From Octopus sinensis (taxonomy: Eukaryota), in contig NC_043000.1 of the NCBI RefSeq assembly GCF_006345805.1, positions 153,760,001 through 153,824,000 of the forward strand: DNA of 64,000 nt, written 5' to 3'. Positions 53,283 to 64,000 of this stretch are shown here, in pieces. The stretch's first letter is position 1, and each line of letters opens with the position of its first letter. A model generated the notes under the pieces. It worked only from the letters and a program-made list of their open reading frames with translations, had not been told where the DNA came from and made no database searches. Position numbers and translations under genes: made by a program.

Positions 53283-55318
53283 ATATTATATATATACTAT
53301 ACAGAGATAGACAGATGAACAGATAGATAAATATATATAAGCGTATGTGTGTGTATGCTTGCCTGTGTCTGTGTTTGTCTCACCCCCATCGCTTGACGAC
53401 CGATTCTGGTGTGTGTATATGTCCCCGCAACTTAGTGGTTCTGTGAAAGAGACCGATAGAATAAGTACTAGGCTTACAAAGAATACGTACTGGGGTTGAT
53501 TTCTTGGACTAAAACCCTTAAAGGCGGTGTTCCAGCATGGCCACAGACAACGGAAGGTTGTCATATTCAAAAATAAATAAATATATATATATATATATGA
53601 CAAACTTCTTTCAGTTTCTCACTGCCAAATTCACTCATAAGGCTTTCGTTGACCCGAGACTATAGTAGAAGATACTTGCCCAAAATGACACGACGTGGTG
53701 GGACTGACCTGGAACCATATATTTGGGAAGCAAGCTCCTTACCATACAGCCACACACATGTATACAATATACTATATACATATATATATATATATATGTA
53801 TATATGTATATATGTATATATATATTATATATATATATATATATATATTATATACTCACACACACGTGAACATATATATATATATAAAATATATATATAT
53901 ATATTTATATATGCATACATGCATTTTATATATATATTTATGTACGTACATACACACATATGAATTATTATTGCTGCTTTTTTATTTTCTATGAATCCCC
54001 CTCTATAGCCCCTCCCCTCTTTATACAGCAAATAGCATTATACAATTATATATATACACACATGTATATACGTATATATATATATATTTGTGTGTGTGTG
54101 TGTGTGTAACCGCTGGCGTACGTATGCGTGGGTGAGGCGTGCAATCTTCCGTGTATAGTCTCTAATTCTAACCTAATCTAAACACTTCACGCCCAGTCTA
54201 CGCAGATACCGTGAACAAAGATCTGAAAAATGTCCTCCATGGAGTCATGCCAGTCTTGTCTCCCTCAATAGCAAGAAAACAAAATCACAGTACGTATCCA
54301 GAACAGATTAACGTATCTCACTCCCACGTAAATAGGAGTATGGAGCATGTACAGTTCTTACGAATGCTAAATCTTACCTTCACTGATGACACTTCCAGAC
54401 GAACGCATATCTTCATCATTGCCAAGTCTGCATCTCTTTCTAACGTTTCACGTCTGAACCCTCCAATAATTGTCTATTAAGTATATTTTACTTCCTTGTA
54501 AACATAAGCGTTCATCACTTATATGCGAATACATACACATGTGTATATATATATAAATATAATATATATATATTTTTTTTTAATATAAGTATATGAAAGA
54601 ATGAAGTTGAACTAGTCGTAGCTTCAACCGTGTTTTTTCTGATGTGAATTTGCTACCCAGTATCGGTTATCTTTCGAATTATCCTTAATAAGATAATTCA
54701 TTCAACTACTCAGTATATAATATATATTATATATTATATATATATATATATATAATATAAGAAAGTGGAGAAACAATTTAGTTTGTTCATCAACTTTCGG
54801 ATAATAGAATGTCTAATTATTTATTCATTTAACAAAATAAGAACCTTAATAGCATAATATATATATCTTATAATTCAATACATATAAGATAAGAATACAA
54901 ATTATAAAAATCATAATATAAATTATTGAAATCATTAAGATCATTCCTTTGCAATTAAAAAACATATATGTATTAAGAATTTGGGTACTTTACCAATAGT
55001 ATATTGGATAAATACTATCCCTTAGTGGGTTGCACCCATAACCCCTAACTTACTTTGTGTTTTATAGAAAGATAGAGGGAGGGATACACACACACTCACA
55101 CGCACAAAAACTCTGGTCTGTGAGAACACATAGGAATGAAGTTTCCTTCCTTTTTCAAATATACCCAGATTTAAAATGATCTAATATAGCGATATCATTC
55201 ATTCGGCATGTGTTGAAATATGCCAAAACAATTTAATTCCATACAAATATATGTTACTTTACATATAATTTATATGTTAATTCTATTTACTTAAACTTGC
55301 TAAAAAGCATATTTTGCT

Positions 55319-56190
55319 TTAAAGTAGTATCTCTTTGTAGACACAATTGTCAGTAATCATACTGTTTCCATTTCTCTCAGCCAATATCTTTTACATTAGC
55401 CTTCTTTCGAACTCTAGATAAAGCAAGATGCAGCTGACCATGTGAGAATAATTGTGTCAGAAGATATATTCCAATTTGTTCCGAAGGTTGTCCCTGTGCC
55501 TTGTTGCACGTCGAGGTCAAAGCTGGCTTGACAGGAAATTGTTTGTGCGTAAATGTAAATGGAAATTCCATTTCTTGAGATACATGTGGTATTCTTGGGA
55601 TTAGTAGAGTTGATCCTGCATCAGAACCAGAAGCAACCTCAGCCTTAATAACTTGATCATATAAACTGACAATGATGTGGTGTGTGCCATTGCAATATCA
55701 ATTGGTATCATCTAAATTTCATAGGCGGCGAGCTGGCAGAAACGTTAGCGCGCCGGACGAAATGCTTAGCGGTATTTCGTCTGTCGTTACGTTCTGAGTT
55801 CAAATTCCGCCGAGGTCAACTTTGCCTTTCATCCTTTCGGGGTCGATAAATTAAGTACCAGTTACGCACTGGGGTCGATGTAATCGACTTAATACCTATG
55901 TCTGTCCTTGTTTGTCCCCTCTGTGTTTAGCCCCTTGTGGGTAATAAAGAAATAGGTATCATCTAAATTTCTCAGAATCATTATGCATCGTTTTTCCTTC
56001 AGTTTGATAATGTTTGGTGGAAACCCTGATGATGTAAGTTTGTTGATGAACTCGATTGGGTACACATTTTCTTTATCAACTGTATCTGAGCATCTGTATA
56101 TTTTTAGCTCACAAGGGATCCTGGTCAACAGAAAACCATTCACAATTTGTGCTGCTTCATTTGTTGGAGTAGCGATGGTTACACAGGATT
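55319..56190 (-). pseudogene. Helitron PIF1-like helicase C-terminal remnant, split by a SINE-A
   Basis: TPTNEAAQIVN...YPIEFINKLTSSGFPP...MILRNLD | CNGTH...LLIPRI...PFTFTHKQFPVK..TCNKAQGQ...LFSHGQLHLALSRV...CVYKEILL*. Confidence 0.9.
55721..55954 (+). mobile_element. SINE family A (young) with 17-bp TSD
   Basis: GGTATCATCTAAATTTC at 55704-55720 and 55955-55971. Confidence 0.95.
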
Positions 56191-56592
56191 TGTGAAGTTA
56201 TTTTTCTCCCGAAATTTGTTAGACGTAAGTTAAAGTGTTAAATTCCGTCAAAGGAAGTGTTCCCGTCCGTGAGCAGTGGAATAAATCAATTACTCGGCTT
56301 TATGCCACTTCTCATACTTTGGTCATTGTCTTTATAACCGTCCTCTCTGTTGTAAACATTGGGGCCAGGTATTGATTCATGGGCACTTCCATTCGTGTTT
56401 TGTTCGAGTCATTAAAAAGAGAATAGGTTCGTTATTTTATTCCTAAACTATACTTATTTGATTTACACAGTTTTAATGTTATATATCTTCCAGACAGATA
56501 CATCATTATGATAGAAAGAGCATCTGTTCATCTCAGCTTCCGTTAACCAACACTTTTTGTCGATATAGTTTTCCACACTGTTTATGTTAGTT

Positions 56593-56977
56593 TGGAAGCT
56601 CTCCGTCGGTACCGACGATGAGGGTTCCGGTTGATCCGAATCAACGGAACAGCCTGCTCGTGAAATTAACGTGTAAGTGGCTGAGCACTCCACAGACACG
56701 TGTATCCTCAACGTAGTTCTCGGGGATATTCAGCGTGACACAGAGAGTGACAAGGCCAGCCCCTTGAAATACAGGTACAACAGAAACAGGAAGTAAGAGT
56801 GAGAGAAAGTTGTGGTGAAAGAGTACAGCAGGGATCACCACCATCCCCTGTCGGAGCCTTGTGGAGCTTTAGGTGTTTTCGCTCAATAAACACTCACAAT
56901 GCCCGGTCTGGAAATCGAAACCGCGATCCTATGACCGCGAGTCCGCTGCCCTAACCACTGGGCCATTGCGTCTCCAC
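56593..56977 (-). mobile_element. SINE family C
   Basis: Reverse complement of 22838-23221. Confidence 0.9.
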
Positions 56978-57375
56978 GTTTATGTTAGTACCAGATGGCA
57001 AAAGGCACGTTTCGTCAACTCAGCTTTCCTGTCAATCATTCAAGTACTTAATCGTTCAATAAACGAATTGAATTACTCCGTGGATTCATTTCATGTGACT
57101 CGAGGACTCTTCTACTTAGGAATTTCTTCAGAATATTTTTCCAGAGTACCCTAACTATTTGATCGATATAAGTAGGAGAGGGGAACTTATAAGTCATGAT
57201 CAATATGTTTTGCATCAATAATTTTCTCCCAATTCAAAAGGAAACTAATTTCTCTAAATGAAATATTTCAGGTTTTTTTGCCTCAGCAAATGATTTCTAG
57301 TTTCTAATTTATCGCGTGATACCTTCTCCTTATTTCCTCTCCTTTTCTGGTATCTAATCTGTCATCATTCAACAG

Positions 57376-57460
57376 ATCCTCTAAATTTGAGAGGCATGAT
57401 CACCATTATTTTCTCACGGAGATTAGTGCGTAAAGGAATGGAAAATGGCTTTAGTAAATT
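57376..57460 (+). CDS. Weak candidate internal exon (PLNLRGMITIIFSRRLVRKGMENGFSK)
   Basis: Acceptor ...TCATTCAACAG, donor ATT|GTAAGG, 85 bp open frame. Not linked by phase to the other candidates. Confidence 0.28.
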
Positions 57461-57999
57461 GTAAGGCAGTGGTGTGCTCGAGTACGATTATTCATATCCA
57501 TTTAATAGTGACACCAGCATGGTCAAGGTACTTAACTTTTGTTCACTTATACACCTAGCTATAGATTGGCACTTTGAATAAATATGCATTTCCGTTAGAA
57601 GAAGAAATACCAAAGTATTGAGTGTTTCAATCACTGTCAGCCTGCTTTTTCATTTATTTCATTGAACTCATAGAGAAGAAGATAAAACCTAAAAGGAAAG
57701 AAGCTAAATAGTGTTGTACACTTAGTTTAACATTCTAGTACATCGTTTGACTACGCTTCTATTTTTATAACATTACAAATTTTGCATTATTAAAAGAATT
57801 ATTATTCATTTTAACGAATTTTCATAAGTTTCTGATGACTTAACACCATCCATTACTCGCTTTTCATCTCAGTTTTCCTGTGAGTCAACGTAAATATTTT
57901 ATATTTGCTTGAGTGGATGTTTTAAAGATGACTTCTTTTTGTTTAATGCAGTTTTATAAGAGTTACTGAATAATACTAGTTAATATATAAACAATTCTT

Positions 58000-58445
58000 A
58001 AGGCAGTGAGCTGGCACACTGGGTAAAATGCTTAGCGGTATTTTGTCCGTGTAGGCGGCGAGCTGGCAGAAACGTTAGCACGCCGGGCGAAATGCGTAGC
58101 CGTATTTCGTCTGACGTTACGTTCTGAGTTCAAATTCCGCCGAAGTCGACTTTGCGTTTGATACTTTCGGGGTCGATAAATTAAGTACAAGTTACGCACT
58201 GGGGTCGATGTAATCGACTTAATCCGTTTGTCTGTCCTTGTTTGTCCTCTCTGTGTTTAGCCCCTTGTGGGTAGTAAAGAAATAGGTATTTTGTCCGTGT
58301 TTACATTCTGAGTTCCAATTCTGCCAAGGTCGACTTTGCCTTTAATCCCTTTCGGAGTCAATAAAAAAAGTACCATTATAGCAGAGAGGTTGATATAATC
58401 ATCTTACACCCTCCCCTGAAATTGCTGGCTTTGTGCCAAAGTTTC
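58000..58445 (+). mobile_element. Young SINE-A (58053-58284) nested in an old SINE-A, 16-bp TSD
   Basis: GGTATTTTGTCCGTGT at 58037-58052 and 58285-58300. Confidence 0.93.
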
Positions 58446-58937
58446 AAATCAAAATATAAACAATTCCGTAAATCGTTTGATTTGTTTTGTAATCGCAGTT
58501 TCTAGAATTTATTTACATAACTGAATAATTTCAATTTCACTATCATATCTGTTATCACAACTTTTTCTAATCCATCTAATATTTTTGTGTCACCAATTCT
58601 AAGTGGATCTTTAAGCAATTTGAACATAAAGCAATTGTCTGGTCTTTTATCTGAGTGGTTGCTTGAATGCTTACACTTTCGGTAATCTCTGCATTTCGGC
58701 GTTCATAACTCGTTTTTCTTTTATAAAATACATCTACACTAATAACAGTAACAATAAGGTTTTATTTGATTTAATTTTATATCCGAATGAGGTAGCTTTT
58801 CCTTTTTATTTATCGGAAATCGAATTTTAAAAAATGATGAAAAATAAGTGGAGATAATTCATTAAAATAGAAGTTTCTTAAGGAAAAAGAAGTAAAAACT
58901 AACTTAGATCTGGCGAAAAGTTTTAATATTTATTCAT

Positions 58938-59335
58938 CTAAGGCGGCGAGCTGGCAGAATCGTTAGCACGCCGGGCGAAATGCTTAGCGGTATTTCGTCT
59001 GTTTTTACATCCTGAATTGAAATTCCGCCGAGGTCGACTTTGCCTTTCATCCTTTCGGGGTCGATTAAATAAGCACCAGTTATGCACTGGGGTCGATATA
59101 ATCGACTTAATCCGTTTGTCTGTCCTTGTTTGTCCTCTCTGTGTTTAGCTCCTTGTGGGTAGCAAAGAAATAGGTATTTCGTCTGTCTTTACGTCATGAA
59201 TTGAAATTCTGCCAAGATCGACACTGCCTTTCATCATTTCGGGGTCGATAAAATAGGTACCAGTTGAAGACTGGAGACGATGTAATTGGCTTACCTCTTC
59301 ATTTAAACTTACTGGCCTTATGCCAAAATTTGAAC
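58938..59335 (+). mobile_element. Composite SINE-A (young copy joined into an older copy)
   Basis: AAGAAATA|GGTATTTCGTCTGTC junction at about 59172. Confidence 0.87.
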
Positions 59336-60639
59336 ACAATATTTTATTTCAAATTTAATGTGGTCACCTATTTTTCTCTCTTATCAAAATACTGTATGAG
59401 ATTTTTCTCTATATTTACTTGCACATTTTCTCCACCAATTAGCTGTATTAACAGGTGCTATTTATAGGGATATGCTAAATAATCAAGTCATTTGTGACCT
59501 GATAAAATCGATGATAGTTCTCTCTTGATTAAGTATATAGCTGCATTATTTTTGTTAAATTCAATTAATCGCTCCTGCTCCTTTACACAATTGGTTGTAT
59601 CCAGGGGATAAATCCTATCCCGATATTACATAAACACTAAAGTAATATATAATAATGTCATGGTAATACGAAACTAGTACATGGGATATATTAATCTCTA
59701 GTTATTTAATGAAGTATCCAGGTTTTTTTGTAACCTGGAATAATAAAGTCCTCTTACCTATCTCCCTGAGTGCAAAACAATTGTCATAGGGGTACTGCGT
59801 AAGAAGTACTAGGAATAATCGTAGAGGTAATACTTGAAGATAGTATCTTAAAGCAGAGTTATTTGGGATATCATACTAGATTGTGACTTTATACCTGCAT
59901 GCTGTTGAAGCAATTGCGACAACTAAACAGCGTGATTTAAATAAACTGAAGGACTGCTTTGAAATTATCTGAAATGTATTAACTATACATACTCAGCCTG
60001 ATCTCATTTATTTTTTCTTTTCACATTACTTCCTTGATCCTGCATTAAGCACCGATCCAATATTCTCCGCACAAAACTTATTTATATTAGACTATTTTTC
60101 CGTCCTACTTCTCTCTTTGTCAACTTATTATTAAGTTTATAAATCTTACCCATGTATATCATTAACAAACGTCTAGAAAAGATATGGATGTCGCAATTCT
60201 TTTGCCAATTAAATTATATAAAGAAAAAGATTATGGGTTAAAAATCTTTTATCGAATCTTCTTACGTGATATTATATTACCCTATTTGGAGTAGAAAATA
60301 AAAATATGACTGTTTAGCGTCCACCCAAATCTATCAGAAAATATTTCACATTGTTCAACATATACTGTGTAACATGATGATCGTGGATATGTAATGATTG
60401 ACCTCGTAAAATGGGAGGAAACTGAAATGTGGAATATAATAATTTCAGTCAACTTAATTCAATAACTTGATTTTATAGGTGTCAGTTTAAATACTACTGG
60501 GAGGTTAAAGGATAAATTTAACCTCCCAAAAACAAATTGCTTTAGAGTCGCTTATTACTACTCGAGAGAGAGAGTGAGCTACTTTTTTTATATAACGAGA
60601 ACATTATATAAAACGACAGCAGCAACAACAATAATGATA

Positions 60640-60960
60640 ATTCTTTATAATATTTGGCACGAGAACAACGATTTTGAGAGGAGGGAAAGTGGATTACATT
60701 AACCCCATTGCTCGGCTGGTTACTTATTTTATCGATCCTGAAATGGTGAAAAGCAAGGTCGACTTCGGCAGCATTTGAAATCATAAAGTGAAACTGAAAG
60801 CAAAGCGGCTGAGTATTTTGCTCAGCATGTTAATGAGTCTAACTGCACGCCGATTCAAATTTTAGCACAAGGCCAGTAGTTTTAAGAGGTGGAAGTTAGT
60901 TTATTAAATTGCCCCCAGTACTTGACTGCAACTTCCTTTTATCGACCTCGGCGGAATTTG
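60640..60960 (-). mobile_element. Degenerate SINE-A (older type) fragments
   Basis: Reverse-complement homology (GGTCGACTTCGGC, GACCTCGGCGGAATTTGAA). Confidence 0.65.
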
Positions 60961-60999
60961 AACATGTGCGATCTATTTCCTTGTTCTCGTCGGAAGTGT

Positions 61000-61700
61000 T
61001 CTCTTCACTGGTTTATTGGTTTTCAACAATTTTCTATACTTGTCCATTTCCATCTTCTTATCATCCTCTTCCCAGAATACACTGAAAACAAGTTCTTGTG
61101 GTTGTTTCTGCTATTCTCTTTTACTCTGTTCCTCAAGTGCTTCGAAGCAAAAATTTCTTGACATATAGCAGTTAATATTTCTGCACCGCACCACCAGTTC
61201 CATAGTTTTCCTTCTACCGTCACAGCTAGGGACCTATTCAGATTAGCTCTTTGGATTTTGCAGGAGGGAAGCATTAAGTCATACCTGTTAATATAGGCGC
61301 CACCTGATTATATACTGAATCTTTTTACCTCAGTACCTAGCACATTCCTATGTTGCATCTCAAAGAAAATGGCGAGACATGTGTGAGTGTAATCTCCACC
61401 CTACTTTACCATGACTCTCCCTTTGTATTGACATATATTCTAGCCCCAGAATATAGATAGGCGTATAATGCACCATCTCGGCTTCCTTCTTCTCTCAACG
61501 TCGATTTTAAGATCTGAGCATGAGGTCCCGTAAATCGGTGAGGATTGTATTTCTCCATAAATCGGCCATTGCTACACTTAATGGTTTTCTTGATAGAACA
61601 TTTTCTTCCTCTTCTTTCAGTTTTTGATGAAGGGGTTCTGGGAATCCTGCACCCCACCGGCCACATAACTCTGTAAAGTACATTGCATCACAGTTAGATG
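61000..61700 (-). mobile_element. Possible very decayed LINE RT fragment (RTE-like)
   Basis: Only weak remnant motifs on the minus strand; no intact YADD. Confidence 0.3.
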
Positions 61701-61839
61701 AGCAGAAGTGTTCTAATTGCTGCGTTTGCTTGTTTCAGTCTTTACACTCTTCTTCATTTAATAAAAATGTGACTATAAAATAAGGAAAAAGATGTTAACT
61801 TCACCTGAAGGCTCTGCAACGAATACAATTAGACAACTG

Positions 61840-62290
61840 ATTACACTATTCTTTTATTCTTTCATTTTTTTTCAGCCATTTGAGTGCGCCATGCTGGAGC
61901 ACCGCCTTTGGTCGACCACAAGGCTTATTCTTTGTAAGTCTGGTACTTATCCTTTAGGTCTCTTTTGCCGAACCGCTAATTTACAGGGACGTAAGCACAC
62001 ATGCATACATACATACATACATACTACATACATACATACATACATACTACATACATACATACATACACACACACACATATATAAATAAATATATATATAT
62101 ATATATATATATATGCATGTAAGTATATATACATACAACGGGATTCTTTCAGTTTCCGTCTACCAAATCCACTCACAAGATTTTGGTCGGCCCGAGGCTA
62201 TAGTAGAAGACACTTGCTCAAAGTACCACGCAGTGAGACTGAACCCGGAACTATGTGGTTGGTAAGCAAGATGCCGCACAGCCATGCTTG
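61840..62290 (-). mobile_element. SINE family B, degenerate
   Basis: Reverse-complement homology. Confidence 0.85.
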
Positions 62291-62413
62291 CGTCTCTTTA
62301 TGAATATATACGGACTTGGAAGCACTCTGCTCGCCAAGTTCATAATTGTTGACAGAAAACCTCAAATCAGCTATGCTGACATTTCATAGTAAAAATTAAG
62401 TATTACGTATATA

Positions 62414-63640
62414 CAGGGTGCGATGGGTAAATTGTCAACATTTTATATTTATAGTATCGCACATGTGCATTGTTTGTTTTTGATTTTGTCGACTCCATAG
62501 TATAGTAGGGTCAGTTGGGCACCGTCTGTGAGAAAAACAATACCATAACGCAATTCATCTGCCAGAAATTTGGAAATAACATACTGTACTGCTTGGAATT
62601 CGCACCAGAAGCCCCAATACGAACATTTCAATTTGGTGTCATTTGGTGTCAAACTGAGGATAGTGCAGATGATTCAAAAAGATTTGGATGAGTCTAATGG
62701 TGATTGTAAAGGTACGGCAGCTCGGAAAAACTTTTCCGATAAGAAAAGAACACCTGAATTTGTTGGTCAGATCCAGACCATGATTGACAATGATCCCTCC
62801 AAGTCAATCAGGTCCATCGCCAGGGACATGGGAGTGTCCGATTTTGTTACCAGGCAGGTAGTGCGTGAAGACATTCCGTATTCCTCATACGAGTTGAGAA
62901 AGGGTCAATTTTTATCCAAGCCATCAAGGACAAGAGGAAAGACCGCACTACGAAGCTTTTGAACAAACCCAAGCATCCCATCCAACCGAAAATGCTTTGG
63001 GTTTTCTCAGACGAGAAAGGTTTCTGCCATGGTGAGATAGTGAACTCACAGAACAACCATTGGCTTGCTGTGTTTCCAAAACATGTCCCGAGAGTGATAA
63101 AAATCAGACATCCAGTCAACATCTTCTCACACGGCCTCAGACTCAACACAGATGCCTGCTTCAAGTGCCTGGAGACGTAGTGCTGTCCTGGGTCAAGAGG
63201 GTAATTGCTAGAAGACCCTTTGTCTGGAAACAGGACTCTGCACCACGCCAGAGAAGCAGGAGGACCTAGTCATAGCTGGCAGACAATTTCTGCGACCTAA
63301 CGTCTGGTCACCTAACTCCCCAGACAGCCACCCCCTTGATTATTATGTGTGGAGTGCAGTTGAGCGAAAACTCCTTGTAACACTAAAGACGAACTGAAGG
63401 CGCGGATTATGGCAGCAGTCACCGACTTAAAAAAGGCGAACGTCCATAAGAGTCGCAGGAGCTTCTGAAGTTGTTTGGAGGCAGTAGTTGAAGCCAATGG
63501 TGATTTTATTGAATATATTTACTCTTCAGTATTTCAAGATAGTTTTATGTAATTTTGGTAAATATATCTGTTAAAATGATATGTCAGTGTTATTTTCATT
63601 TTTGAGTTATTTAGATGACAATTAATTCACCGTACCCTTG
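62414..63640 (+). mobile_element. Near-complete decayed DD37D (maT-like) Tc1/mariner transposon with TIRs
   Basis: TA|CAGGGTGCGATGGGTAAATTGTCA start and TGACAATTAATTCACCGTACCCT end; DPSKSIRSIARDMGVS (HTH); WVFSDEK; WKQDSAP; PLDYYVWSAVER. Frameshifts and an internal deletion. Confidence 0.88.
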
Positions 63641-63744
63641 ATAATTATTTAACGTAATGCATCGCAATGAACTGACCAAAGACAGCTGGGATATGCATCT
63701 CCTCGCAAACTGAGATTATCGCTTCTCTTTTTCTTTTTTTTCTT

Positions 63745-63956
63745 TTTACATGTTTCAGTCATTTGACTGCGGCCATGCTGGAGCACCGCCTTTAGTCGAG
63801 CAAATCGTCCCCGGGACTTATTCTTTGTAAGCCCAGTACTTATTCTATCATCTCTTTTGCCGAACCGCTAAGTGACGGGGACGTAAACACACCAGCATCG
63901 GTTGTCAAGCAATGCTAGAGGGACAAACACAGACACACAAACATATACACACACAC

Positions 63957-63998
<42 letters not shown>

Positions 63999-64000
63999 TA
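63745..64000 (-). mobile_element. SINE family B, 3' half (runs off the window)
   Basis: Reverse-complement tail homology. Confidence 0.88.

Noticed and set aside
54110-54480. Possible L1/Tx1 endonuclease 5' fragment on the minus strand
   Set aside because: Only a frameshifted QETRL-like trace; not enough to call.

Overview
Eukaryotic, AT-rich, microsatellite-saturated DNA with no prokaryotic genes. The SINE families and repeat density point to a coleoid cephalopod, most likely Octopus (recognised from memory, no search run). Almost the whole window is repeats: four tRNA-derived SINE families, decayed non-LTR retrotransposons (R4/RLE, RTE, Tx1/L1, CR1-group, Penelope-like), DNA transposon remnants (DD37D maT-like, mariner, one unclassified family), Helitron pieces, and (TA)n, (CA)n, (TACA)n, (CTAT)n and trinucleotide arrays. 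Most supplied ORFs are microsatellite or SINE artefacts. Three short open segments with AG/GT boundaries may be exons of an unidentified plus-strand host gene with very long introns. The most interesting signal is a set of about ten compact type-I hammerhead-ribozyme-like folds in at least five unrelated short repeat families next to (TA)n tracts (Penelope pLTR- or retrozyme-like). They include a compensatory U3-A8 core variant and a recurring form with A residues opposed at the base of stem II. One sits in a ~550-bp unit arranged as a tandem plus an inverted copy. None of these folds was tested computationally or experimentally.
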